Origin: Macrostomum lignano
Lineage: Eukaryota
DNA: 64,000 nt
Reading direction: 5' to 3'
Assembly (NCBI GenBank): GCA_002269645.1
Contig: NIVC01000239.1
Location: 124,001-188,000 of the forward strand
Both the position numbers and the translations under genes were made by a program. This document shows, piece after piece, positions 1-10,863 of this stretch. Position 1 is the first letter of the stretch. Each line of letters opens with the position of its first letter. The notes below the pieces were generated by a model, which saw only the letters and a program-made list of their open reading frames with translations, made no database searches and was not told the DNA's origin.

Positions 1-963
1 TAAAAAGATATAGTGATAAAATATTCTTTTTATCATTAAGATATATTTAATGATTATTAAGGTATCATTGAAAGTTAGAAGTGTGCTTATATAAAGGGCT
101 GGCTACTTTTCAAGCTCTTCAAATCCAAGTGCCAATGCAAGGAATTCCAGTTGGCATTGAAAGTTGATGGTTCAAAAAGCAACATACTTTCTGCAACTCA
201 AAAATGGAGAGGATAGAACTAGAAACCTAGTCATCCCCAAAAAGGCAATCAATCATATGTGTAGTCTGTTAGATAGAGTGTGGAAAGAGAAAAACAGATA
301 AAGAGCTGTTTGTTCTGAAGGGTATGGGTCAATGGCTGCAAGAAAAGTTCTTTCCTATTGTTCTTGCTAATATTCACACACATACAGCTTGGATCACAGT
401 GAATGCTGTGCAAGGGTGATGGCCAAGTTGTTTGCCAGAATTCGCTTACATCACTGGTGTAATAGTCAGAGGGAGCTCAGCAGAGAAAGTGAGGGCACAT
501 GAAAGGAATGAAAAGAACTGAAGAGAAGCTGATGCAAATTAGTGTTGTTTAACTGCCATTTGAAGTGGTTTTTACATTTGATCCTTAATAAGATCTGTTA
601 TTAACTGCTTTTGCTACTTTTTGCTATAAATTATTCTTTGCTAGTTGATACTACTGGCCATAGCCTTCACAACAAAAGTAGTGCGCATGAATTTTAATTT
701 GGCTTTGTGGAAAATGGTTGATTGAGCATTCTGTGTATATTCTATGGCTCCAATTGGTAAGTAATATGAGGACTGCAGTCTAGTGGGGATTATGAAATAG
801 CTTATCAATCTACCGATTTCTTGTGGATTTGTGATGACAAACTGGAGGTCAGTCCTGAGGATGTACTTTTGCTGCATTCAGTACAATTGTAATCAGTTTT
901 GGAGTTCAAGGCTAAAGTTTACCCAAACCTGTCAAACAGATTTCTGGCATTCATTGGCTGTCA

Positions 964-1170
964 CACTGTTATGCATAAAGGTCCGAAAAAAGGTCCACTG
1001 AGGGTCCGAATGAGGAGGTCCGCACCGTACACATATAGGGACCTTCAGGTCCGAAAGTAGAGGACCATATAAAGGTCCGCTAAAGGTCCGTATGAGAAGG
1101 TCCGCACCGTACATATATAGGGACCGTGAAGGTCCAAATGTACGGAAGGTCCGAAAGTATAGGTCCACAA
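964..1170. repeat. Left subterminal GGTCC-motif cluster of the CACTA-like element
   Basis: Many AGGTCC(G) motifs in ~200 bp, mirrored by GGACC motifs at ~12605-12665. Confidence 0.75.
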
Positions 1171-2346
1171 TAGGCATGGATGTCGCATTTTTCTGCCTGA
1201 GCGTGGCCCTATATAGCTGACATGCCTCAGTGGAAAATACCCGTTTAAAAAAAACCATGCAAGATCCTGATTCCAGTGAAGCTATAAGATGTTCATTAAA
1301 CTGATGTGCATTGCATAGAACGATAGTTTCCATAAAGATGGATAAAAATAAAAATGTATTTTTTATCAAGCATTATTACCATGCATGTTTAGATTGGAGC
1401 TTTACTGAATCAAATATTAATGACAAAGCCGATTATGTAATACATGAATAACGGAAAAAAGAAATTACATGGCAAACTTGGTAGTAAATAAAGCAAAAGG
1501 GTTGAACAGCAATTTTTTTTCATTGATGAGCAACGCATGACTAATGGTACATTTCGATCAAACTGGAAAGAAATAAAGAGGAAATTGCTAGTTTCTTAAA
1601 CGCAAAAGAGCAAACATTGAAAAATAATAAGTCAATGAAGCACAACAAGGGTTGAAAAAACGAATTTGAAAATACACAAATTTTGAGACAACTACGGGGT
1701 GTCTGCGTAATTTTTAAACTGAAATTCCAGGTTTTACAATACCCGGTTTAATAATCCATATTGGCAGAAAATACTTACTCGTGGCATTATGTATACCTGG
1801 GGCAATATTTAACACAATATTGTAATGTACACAACCGACTTACATTGCAAAAAAATGTAAAACTCGAAGTAAAAAATAAAAAATGCGTCTTACAATAACT
1901 ATTACAAATGTCCCCTCTTCTGAAAAATAGCAGTATTAAGAACATAACATAAAAAACGAACTTACTTTATGTTGACCTATGTTAAACATCGCACAAGAAT
2001 TTATAATATAAGAGTAGGGCAATGAAACAGAAGGGAAAGAGAAAACAGCACGCTTTGAGAGCAGGTCGCATCTGCAAGAAGGGAGAAGGGAGGCATGCAG
2101 GCCCAGTTAATCTGTAGAGTGACTGGCTGGACATTTAGCTAGAAATAGAATAAGGGATAGACGCAGGCGTAAGCCATGGGATAGACCCCAGTTGGGTGGA
2201 GTCCTGCACTATATTCGTTATAAGGTGTACCTGAAATAATATGGGAGGGGGTGCTGGCCCAGCAACTGAGCATCTGCAGGTTTAGTGTGGTCAAGAGACG
2301 AGGCCAGGCAAATGAGGATCTGCATCGGAGTCACATGAACAGTCAA

Positions 2347-3966
2347 CTAACGAAAACTATCAACTAGCGAGGCAGCTGGCTTTCTAGACACTGCACATTG
2401 CTTGTGTAGGCGCGCGAGGACTTCAATAGCTTCAAGAAAAGCTTCCAGCTTAGGCAGATGCTGCAAATTAAAAGCAATAAAGCAGCAGATAAAAACGATA
2501 ATGGTATCTGTCACCGAATTAAATTGAAGACTTGCGCCGTTGACTGACACGCCCCACCAGGTTTCCTCCGCTTTGATCACGTGCACAGGCAGATCCGGAG
2601 AAAATATTTCGGTGGGATCTACTTTTAGGCGGCCAAGGAGGATGCAGACTGCCCCGGTGAGCTTCTCCTCCGCGCTAACGTCTCCATTGTCGGCTTTCAA
2701 AATAATTGGTGTGCACAGCCGATGTCGTCGAAAACTATCGCGCTTGTCCCAGATGCGAATTAGCGCTACACGAATGTTTTTGCCGATGTCAGTAGGACCA
2801 TCTGGGAGATAATAATCGTTTTTCTCGTTGGCATTATAAGCCTCGATCATTAGCCATGCTTCTTGCTCAATGACAGGTGCAAGAACTAATGGCTGATACA
2901 GCTCAATTTCCTCTGCGACGGTTAGGTTTTGACAGCGAGCAATTCGCATCGTAAATGTGTCTCGCATGCGTTCAAGCACGGATGGCATGGAAACGTCAGG
3001 CTGGTGAAAAAACAGCAGACGAGCTGTCTCGTGGGTCTCGGGGATGTTTTCACAGTCGGCAAAATTAAAATTACAACTTTTTGCTAGGCTCACAACTGAC
3101 CCACACTCATCGGCGTCCTCATTTTGCCGTCGTTTTTTAGACTTGGGATTCTGATTTTCATCAGGGTTGTCAGAGTCATCTGAGTTTTCAGAGTCATCAT
3201 TGACGTCAGTGGCTGCCGAAGAATTAGCAGCATCAGCTGTAGCGGCCTCGGCATGCCTTCGCTTCCTGCCATGCTTCATCCGCATTTGCTGCACAAGTGG
3301 GCTGCTGCAGGCTGGGACTATTTTAGACCTGAACTCCTTCAATCGGCGACAGATCCTTTGACGCCAAAATGCTGTGCCATCAGCTGTTGCATCGCTCAGC
3401 GCTGGGTACGTCGTTATAATGGCCTTGCAAATGTCCTCTATTTGGCTGCACGTGAGATACGGGTCGTCGCAGTTCTTATAATTGTCGTAGACATCCTTAA
3501 TAATATAGCGCAAAAAATTGTTGACGAAGGTTGCATTCGTTTTATACTTTGGCCCGACATCTGTGCTACTGCAGTTCTGGCGGACTTCTTGTAGACTTTT
3601 TGATAGTATGGGCATGGATGGAAGCGAGTAAACAGTTGGCCATTTTTTAAGCAACGGTCTTTCAGGATCTTGCGGCTCGCTTGCTGCTGCCATTTCTTGA
3701 TTGTCAAAACTAATGTTGCTGCTATTGACTTCCCTTAAATTTTCTCGAATGGACTCCTCTGGCAGAAGAAAGATGATTTCAGACTTTTCTGCAGACAGAG
3801 TTGGCAAAAATTCGTCATCGTCGATGTCGTGTCCACCTGGTGTCACGAGATGAATTGAGGCAGAATATTCGATTCCCAGCTTTTCGCATCCTCGGATTTT
3901 CAATTCATGGAGAGTAGATGCACATACCAGCTTAAGCTGGGTTTTATCTTTGTTGCAGATTCGAAG
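2347..3966 (-). CDS. Transposon accessory protein: N-terminal CIDE-N-like domain plus SAMD3-like C-terminal region; 5' exon not located
   Basis: The 518-aa ORF extends in frame to a TTTCAG acceptor (exon start 3966). N-terminus: LRICNKDKTQLKLVCASTLHELKIRGCEKLGIEYSASIHLVTPGGHDIDDDEFLPTL. Internal ICKAIITTYPALSD...FWRQRICRRLKEFR and C-terminal FICCFIAFNLQHLPKLEAFLEAI resemble the SAMD3-like ORFs that accompany animal EnSpm elements. Confidence 0.7.
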   Translation of the reverse strand, partial: LRICNKDKTQLKLVCASTLHELKIRGCEKLGIEYSASIHLVTPGGHDIDDDEFLPTLSAEKSEIIFLLPEESIRENLREVNSSNISFDNQEMAAASEPQDPERPLLKKWPTVYSLPSMPILSKSLQEVRQNCSSTDVGPKYKTNATFVNNFLRYIIKDVYDNYKNCDDPYLTCSQIEDICKAIITTYPALSDATADGTAFWRQRICRRLKEFRSKIVPACSSPLVQQMRMKHGRKRRHAEAATADAANSSAATDVNDDSENSDDSDNPDENQNPKSKKRRQNEDADECGSVVSLAKSCNFNFADCENIPETHETARLLFFHQPDVSMPSVLERMRDTFTMRIARCQNLTVAEEIELYQPLVLAPVIEQEAWLMIEAYNANEKNDYYLPDGPTDIGKNIRVALIRIWDKRDSFRRHRLCTPIILKADNGDVSAEEKLTGAVCILLGRLKVDPTEIFSPDLPVHVIKAEETWWGVSVNGASLQFNSVTDTIIVFICCFIAFNLQHLPKLEAFLEAIEVLARLHKQCAVSRKPAASLVDSFR

Positions 3967-6689
3967 CTGAAATAAATATATGGGGTAATATTAAAGCAAA
4001 TATGAAAAAGAAAAATGTTTTGTATTGTATTGTATTGTTGTATTGTATTGTTTTGTATTGTATTGTTGTATTGTATTGTATTGTATTGTATTGTAGAAAA
4101 ATGTAATGGTTTTGTATTTTGTCATTCTGTTTGATTGTCTTAGTCATGACAAAATATCCATGAGCCCTGTAGCACCCTCTCTCTCTCTCTCTCTCTTGCC
4201 CTGTTTGACAACATTTGCACACAACCAGAAGTAACTCTTTCAATGACAAAATCTACCTAGGCTGTCCCAATGGTCCCAATGATGCAACAAAGATATCCTT
4301 GAGAGCAGCATAAAGACACTACCTTGACATTGACATGCATCAGATTACAGTTTGACGTGACATGTAAACAAGGATACAAATCAAACAAGAATCAACCCAT
4401 TCCAATTACTCCAAGAAATGAGAAGCTTCAATGTACACTATCAAGAATTTGTGCAAGAAGACATTCACCAAGGTGAGAAACCTTCTGGAATTCCTAGTAT
4501 TTAACTGGATGCCTATACCCTATACAAGGAAATGAGATATCTAGCTTTAACTAGTAACTGCCATCAAGTCTACAAGCCCATTATAAAAATGTTTGTGCTA
4601 TTATGATTGGCAACCTTTTTTGGTATCAAATTTAGAGGAAGTTATCAAAGATAACAGACCATAAAAAGAATAAGAGATAATTTAATAAGAAAAGACAAAA
4701 ATAAAAATAATTCAAAGCTATGCATATAGCTAGCTTAGCAAGCATCAAGCATGCCTTTCAGCTTTGGAACCTAGAGAGCATAATTATTTATTCAAGTGTC
4801 TGTCAGACTACCACATGGGAAATCTTCATAAAATGGACAATGCCAAAGACACTCAAGGTCAAGAAAAATGTCTATAAGTCATGGAGTCAAAATAGACTAC
4901 TACATGACACTAATAAAATTATGTTTATTATAAAATTGATCTCTACCTTAAATTCCTTAAGCCCTGTTAGTTCTATTTATGGGGTTTTTATTTTCATATA
5001 ACATTGCAACAAAGGACTCAAGAAATCACTTGAGGAAAGACCAACTTAGCTAATTCTATAAACATTAAACTTTTTTGTCTAGATAAAAACTTCTATCAAT
5101 TATCTTCCTCAAAAATAGGCATGAAATTTAAAGCAGCATATTGATTGCCATTAAATAATACCAATGGAATAGGTTTATGAAATAAATATTCCCCTGGAAA
5201 AACAAAGAGTGTTTCATCATTTTCAATAGTACATAAGAAGCAGTTTTGGTTACAGAAAAATGTTGATTTAACTTTTTTCCCAATTATTACCCACCTATTA
5301 GAAACCTGCAAGATAGAGCTTACTAAAATGAATGACATAGTCTTTGGTGAATATATTGGTATAACATATCTTTTGCTTAGCATTGCAGCCTTATAGCAGA
5401 AGCCTTTATAAGTAAGTTCTTTTGTAGAGAAACAAAACTGTCCCAAATTATTAATATCAATATTTAACTTATCGGCTAGCTTTAACTGATCAGGAATAGA
5501 AAGAACATTCTCAAGCTTGATAGCTTCAGATTTATTAAATTGAAGGTCAACATATAAAAAATGTTTCATAATCAATGCCTTCTTTACTTGAAATTTCTTG
5601 GATACTGAATAAGCTACATTAATAAAGTTCTTTGTATGTCTACTTATTTCTTTTATAACCTGGTGCTCTGCTTTAGATCTCATAGTCCATAGATAATAAA
5701 GCCCATTATAACAAGAATACATATCTACATAATGACAAATATAATGCAATTTACATTTATACTTGGGATTATTATTTGTTAATTTATATATCACTTCAAT
5801 TTGGGTTGCAATCAAATATCTAAAATAATCCTTGTTGGTATTTTCTAATGGCACTAGATTAAATAATATATCCGAAAATTGCCGATGATTTAAAAACAAT
5901 TCCCAAACATGAGGATGATTATCAAAGCTTAAATTGTCAAACTTTTCACCAAAAATAAGACCAAAATATTGTAAAAGATGCATCATTTGGCTTGCTGTAC
6001 ATGACAAATGATAGTTTTGAATATGATACTTTGATATAGATGGGAAAGAAATATTTGGAATATAGGACACTTGCTTATTAATCCAATATACTAAAAATGA
6101 AATGTCTGTAGCTATGCGATAGATTTCAGAAAAAATGGCTCAACCGATTTTCTTCAAACTTGCACCATTTGAACAGAAATTTTCCTGGGACAGTACATGC
6201 ATCTTGGCTAAGAAATTGCTCAATGTTAAAGGGATTAAATATTCGAAAAACATGCTTTTTTGCAAAGGTCAAGCCAAATTTTCGACTTGAAATGCATTGT
6301 AAGAATGCTAGAGAAAAAACTGACTGACTGAATTCCGATTGTGATAAAGATTGCATCACAACAAGTTGAAAACAGTGCCGAAGAAATGCACACACGACTT
6401 GATTGAAATTGCGTAACCATATTGCTAACTTAAATTGAGACTGATACTGGCTGACTGAGAAATTGATTATGTCATAACTTTTTACTCCGATTGACTTGCT
6501 GTAAGAATTGAATTATAAGGGCCACAATTCATGTTCTCCAATTGAAAAGAGATAGCCCTGATGCGAACAGACTGGAATGCTAATGTAGCAACCTGGGTTC
6601 AAATCTTAGTAGTACAAAAAGATTTTTTTTATTAAAACACCTTAAAAACACAACAAAACTGCTAAACATCAAAGAAGCGCAATGTCAAA

Positions 6690-8478
6690 CATAGAAGAGC
6701 CACCATGTCGAACATAAAAGAGCCACCATGTCAAACATAAAAGAGCCACCATGTCAAACATAAAAGAGCCACCATGTCAAACATAAAAGAGCCACCATGT
6801 CAAACATAAAAGAGCCACCATTTTGAACATTAAAGAGCCACCATGTCAAACAATTAGAAGCCACCATGTCAAACATTAAAGAGCCACCATGTCGAACATT
6901 AAAGAGCCACCATGTCGAACATTAAAGAGCCACCATGTCAAACATAAAAGAGCCAACATATCAGACATTAAAAAGCGACCGTATCAAACATAAAAGAGTT
7001 ACCATGTCAAACATAAAGAGCCACCATGTCAAACATTTAGGAGCCACCATGTCAAACATATATGTGACTTTATGTCAAACATTAAAGTGTTACCATTTCA
7101 AACCTTAAAAAGCCACTATGTCAAACATTAAAGAGCCACCATGTCTAACATAAAAGAGCCACCATGTAGAATATTAAAGAGCCACCATGTCAAACATTTA
7201 AGAGCCACCATGCCGAACATATATGTGACTTTATGTCAAACATTAAAGAGCCACCATGTCGAACATTAAAGTGCCACCATGTGTAACATAAAAGAGCTAT
7301 ATCATGAAGAACATCAAAAAGCCACCATGTTAAAAACTAAAGAGCCACCATGTGAAACATTTAAGAGCCACCATGTCAAACCTAAAAGAGCCACCATGTC
7401 GAACATAATAGAGCCACCATTTCAGACATTGAAGAGCCACTATTTCGAACATTAAAGAGCCACCATGTCAAACAATAGCCACCATGTCAAACATAAAAGA
7501 GCCAACATGTCAGACATTAAAAAGCCACTGTATCAAACATAAAAGAGTTACCATGTAGAACAAAAAAGAGCCACCATGTCGAACAAAAAAGAGCCACCAT
7601 GAAGAACATTAAGGAGCCACCATTTTGAACATTAAAGAGCCACCATGTCGAACCTTAAAGAGCCACCATGTTAAACATAGAAGAGCCACCATATCAGATG
7701 TTAAAAAGAGCCACCATGTCGAACATATATGTGACTTTATGTCAAACATATATTTGACTTTATGTCAAACATATATGTGACTTTATGTCAAACATTAAAG
7801 TGCCACCATATCGAACATTAAAGAGCCACCATGTCTAACAGTAAAGAGCCACCATGTCGAACATTAAAGAACCACCATGTAGAACATTAAAGAGCCACCA
7901 TGTCGAACATTAAAGAACCACCATGTCGAACATTAAAGAGCCACCATGTCAAACCTAAAAGAGCCACCATGTCGAACATTAAAGAGCCACCATGTCAAAC
8001 ATAAATCTGGCATGATGTCAAACATTAAAGTGCCACCATATCACACATTAAAGAGCCACCATGTCTAACAGTAAAGAGCCACCATGTCGAACATTAAAGG
8101 GCCACCATGTAGAACATTAAAGAGCCACCATGTCGAACATTAAAGAACCACCATGTCAAAAATTAAAGGACCACCATGTCGAACATTAAAGAGCCACCAT
8201 GTCAAACATAGAAGAGCCACCATGTCTAACATTAAAGAGCCACTATGTCGAAAATTAAAGAGCCACCATGTCTAACATTAAAGAGCCACCATGTCGAACA
8301 TTAAAGAGCCACCATGTAAAACATTAAAGAGCCACATTGTTAAACATAGAAGAGCCACCATGTCTAACATTAAAGAACTACCATGCCGAACATTAAAGAG
8401 CTACCATGTCTAACATTAAAAAGCCACCATGTCTAACATTAAAGAGCCACCATGTCTAACAGTAAAAAGCCACCATGT
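6690..8478. repeat. 23-bp minisatellite (AAAGAGCCACCATGTCRAACATW)n
   Basis: 23-bp period seen directly; lies in the predicted transposase intron. Confidence 0.95.
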
Positions 8479-8479
8479 T

Positions 8480-9050
8480 GCCTGCTATCTGGGGGTGCTT
8501 GCTATCTGGGAGAGCCTGCTATCTGGGGGTGCTTGCTATCTGGTGGTGCTTTCTATCTGGGGGTGCTAGCTATCTGGTGGTGCTTGCTATCTGGGGGTGC
8601 TTGCTATCTGGGGTGCTTGCTATCTGGGGTGCTTGCTATCTGGGGGTGCCTGCTATCTGGGGGTGCTTGCTATCTGGGGGATGCTTGCTATCTGGGGGAT
8701 GCTTGCTATCTGGGGGTGCCTGCTATCTGGGGGTGCCTGCTATCTGGGAGATGCTTGCTATCTGGGGGATGCTTGCTATCTGGGGGATGCTTGCTATCTG
8801 GGGGATGCTTGCTATCTGGGATGCTTGCTATCTGGGGGATGCTTGCTATCTGGGGGATGCTTGCTATCTGGAGGATGCTTGCTTTTTGGGGGATGCTTGC
8901 TATCTGGGGGATGCTTGCTATCTAGGGGATGCTTGCTATCTGGGATGCTTGCTATCTGGGTGATGCTTGCTATCTGGGGGGAGCCTGCTATCTGGGGGGA
9001 TGCTTGCTATCTGGAGGTGCTTGCTATCTGGGGGGATGCTTGCTGTCTTA
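8480..9050. repeat. ~19-bp minisatellite (GGGGGATGCTTGCTATCT[G])n
   Basis: Visible tandem array; the same unit occurs reverse-complemented at 61948-62282. Confidence 0.95.
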
Positions 9051-9545
9051 GGATGTTTTCTTTTTGCATTGCACTTCATCTGAGCAGTTTTCTATTGACT
9101 ATGTGAAGGCTTTGTTTGGCCATCTTATTGATACTTGTAGAGAACAGAGATTCTATCTAGATGTCCCCCATCGGGGGGCGAAGATTGCTAGTAAATTCTA
9201 TATTTTCACCCAATGTTTTTATTAGATACTCAAAAACTAGACAAACAACAAGATGAGACATACCTTCTAATATATCATGCATAATATCTGGTGCAAAAAA
9301 AGAGGAAGATTAATATACATTATATTAAATAATATAGATTGGTTAGATACAAAGCCATTGGCATTACATTGATTTCTAGATGATTCAATAATTGATAAAT
9401 GAGTTCGCATATCAAATTTAAATAAGCAGCCCAAGTCTTCCAAATTTACTTCACATAATTGATTATATTTTTAAGACAATATTTACATATATAGCCACTT
9501 GAAAAACATTTTTGTAAACCTAATAGACCATGCATTGACAAATTA

Positions 9546-10863
9546 CGAGGGGTGATCAAAAAGTTCTGCAACCTTTTGTTATAGCTTTTAGTTATAGAAT
9601 CAGCAAAAGCCAAAAACTTACACATATGCGGCTATATCTGTTTGCTATATTTATATGCATTTTTGGCTTCCAAATGTGCTCCAGTAAAATTTCACAGCCA
9701 TATATTTTCCATGTGTTTTCAGTAGCTGATGGAAACATCAAAAGACAGTGTTCGCTTCTATATCTTTATGTGCATGCAACTTGGTTGCAAAGTGACAGAG
9801 ATTCACACCATGTTTTGTGAATGTTTTAGCTGACTCTGCTCCATCATTTGACACAGTTGCCTGCTGGCTGCGCCATTTCTTGGAAGGCTGGGACAGCTTC
9901 AACGATGAACCAAGGTCTGGCCGACCCCGGACATCCGTGACCGAAGATGTCGTGGCCCATGCCGATGCAATAATTCATGAGGATTGGAGCTTTTTGCTAA
10001 GATTCATTGCCTATGAGCTTGGTGTCAGCTATGGAAGTGCTCATAACATCATGCATGAGCAACTAGGCCGCACAAAGACCTGCGCTCGGTGGGTACCCCA
10101 TCTTCTCACTCCGGAGCAGCAAGCAGAGAGGGTGCGCATCTGTCGCTTGTGGCTGCAAATGTTTGAGCCCCACGGCCCACGACAACTGTCAGATGTCATC
10201 ACAGGAGACAAATGTTGTATCTCCTTCTTTACCATGAGGGATAAGCAGTCCAACATGGTCTGGCTGGCAGAAGATGAGCCAAGGCCTGAGGTGCTGAAGA
10301 CCGGATTCCGCAGTTGGAAGCGGATGTTCACCATTTTTTTCAACTCTCAGGGTGTTGTATCGGTGAACATCCTTCCAGCGGGTGCCACAGTGACTGCCAG
10401 GTACTACACAGACACTGTTCTGCCAGGCGTGCTGCAGGAGCGGCAGGAACGTGCGCGAACCAGGCATGGACCTCGACTCCTGCTGCACCATGACAATGCG
10501 GCACCGCACAGAGCGGCATCAACCATGGCGTACCTGGAGCAGCAGGGGGTCCGGCTGCTGCCCCATCCACCCTACTCTCTAGACCTAGCACCTTCCGACT
10601 TTTGGCTGTTCCGAGGATCAAATCCGTCGTTTCTGGGAGGCCGTTTTCACGCATGCAAGACCTTGCCCAAGCGGTACATTCAGCTCTACAGGGTATACCA
10701 ACTTTGGAGTACCATGACTGCTTTCAGACATGGTGCACACGGATGCGACGGTGCATAGATAGTGGTGGAAAGTACTTTAAGGGAATGTGACACTGATTAG
10801 ACGCCTCGGCTGCTGCAGCACAGAGTTGTGAGGTCACTTGCAGAACTTTTTGATCACCCCTCG
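9546..10863 (+). mobile_element. Mariner (DD34D) element, 1318 bp, irritans/Hsmar2-like TIR
   Basis: Perfect 26-bp TIR CGAGGGGTGATCAAAAAGTTCTGCAA at both ends; TA TSD at 9544-9545 and 10864-10865. Confidence 0.95.
9817..10790 (+). pseudogene. Mariner transposase, degenerate
   Basis: Motifs DEPRSGRPRT, CARWVPHLLT, VITGDKC (TGDEKW degenerate), HHDNAAPH, YSLDLAPSDFWLF. Frameshift at ~10610 into the frame RIKSVVSGRPF...RCIDSGGKYFKGM. No clean N-terminus. Confidence 0.9.

Noticed and set aside
932-1369. 145-aa ORF
   Set aside because: It overlaps the subterminal GGTCC repeats and the TIR, and has no protein features.
6570-6625. GGTTCAAATC B-box-like string suggesting a tRNA or SINE
   Set aside because: No cloverleaf or A-box could be built.
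6690-8478. Dozens of perfect Kozak strings GCCACCATG in tandem
   Set aside because: The string is part of the satellite unit, the downstream frames close quickly, and nothing supports a function.
8452-9106. Overlapping Cys/Gly-rich ORFs; likewise ORFs at 19257-20081, 22418-23190, 36586-37421, 42335-43524, 50218-51296, 59892-60972 and 61850-62416
   Set aside because: They are translations of tandem or simple repeats.
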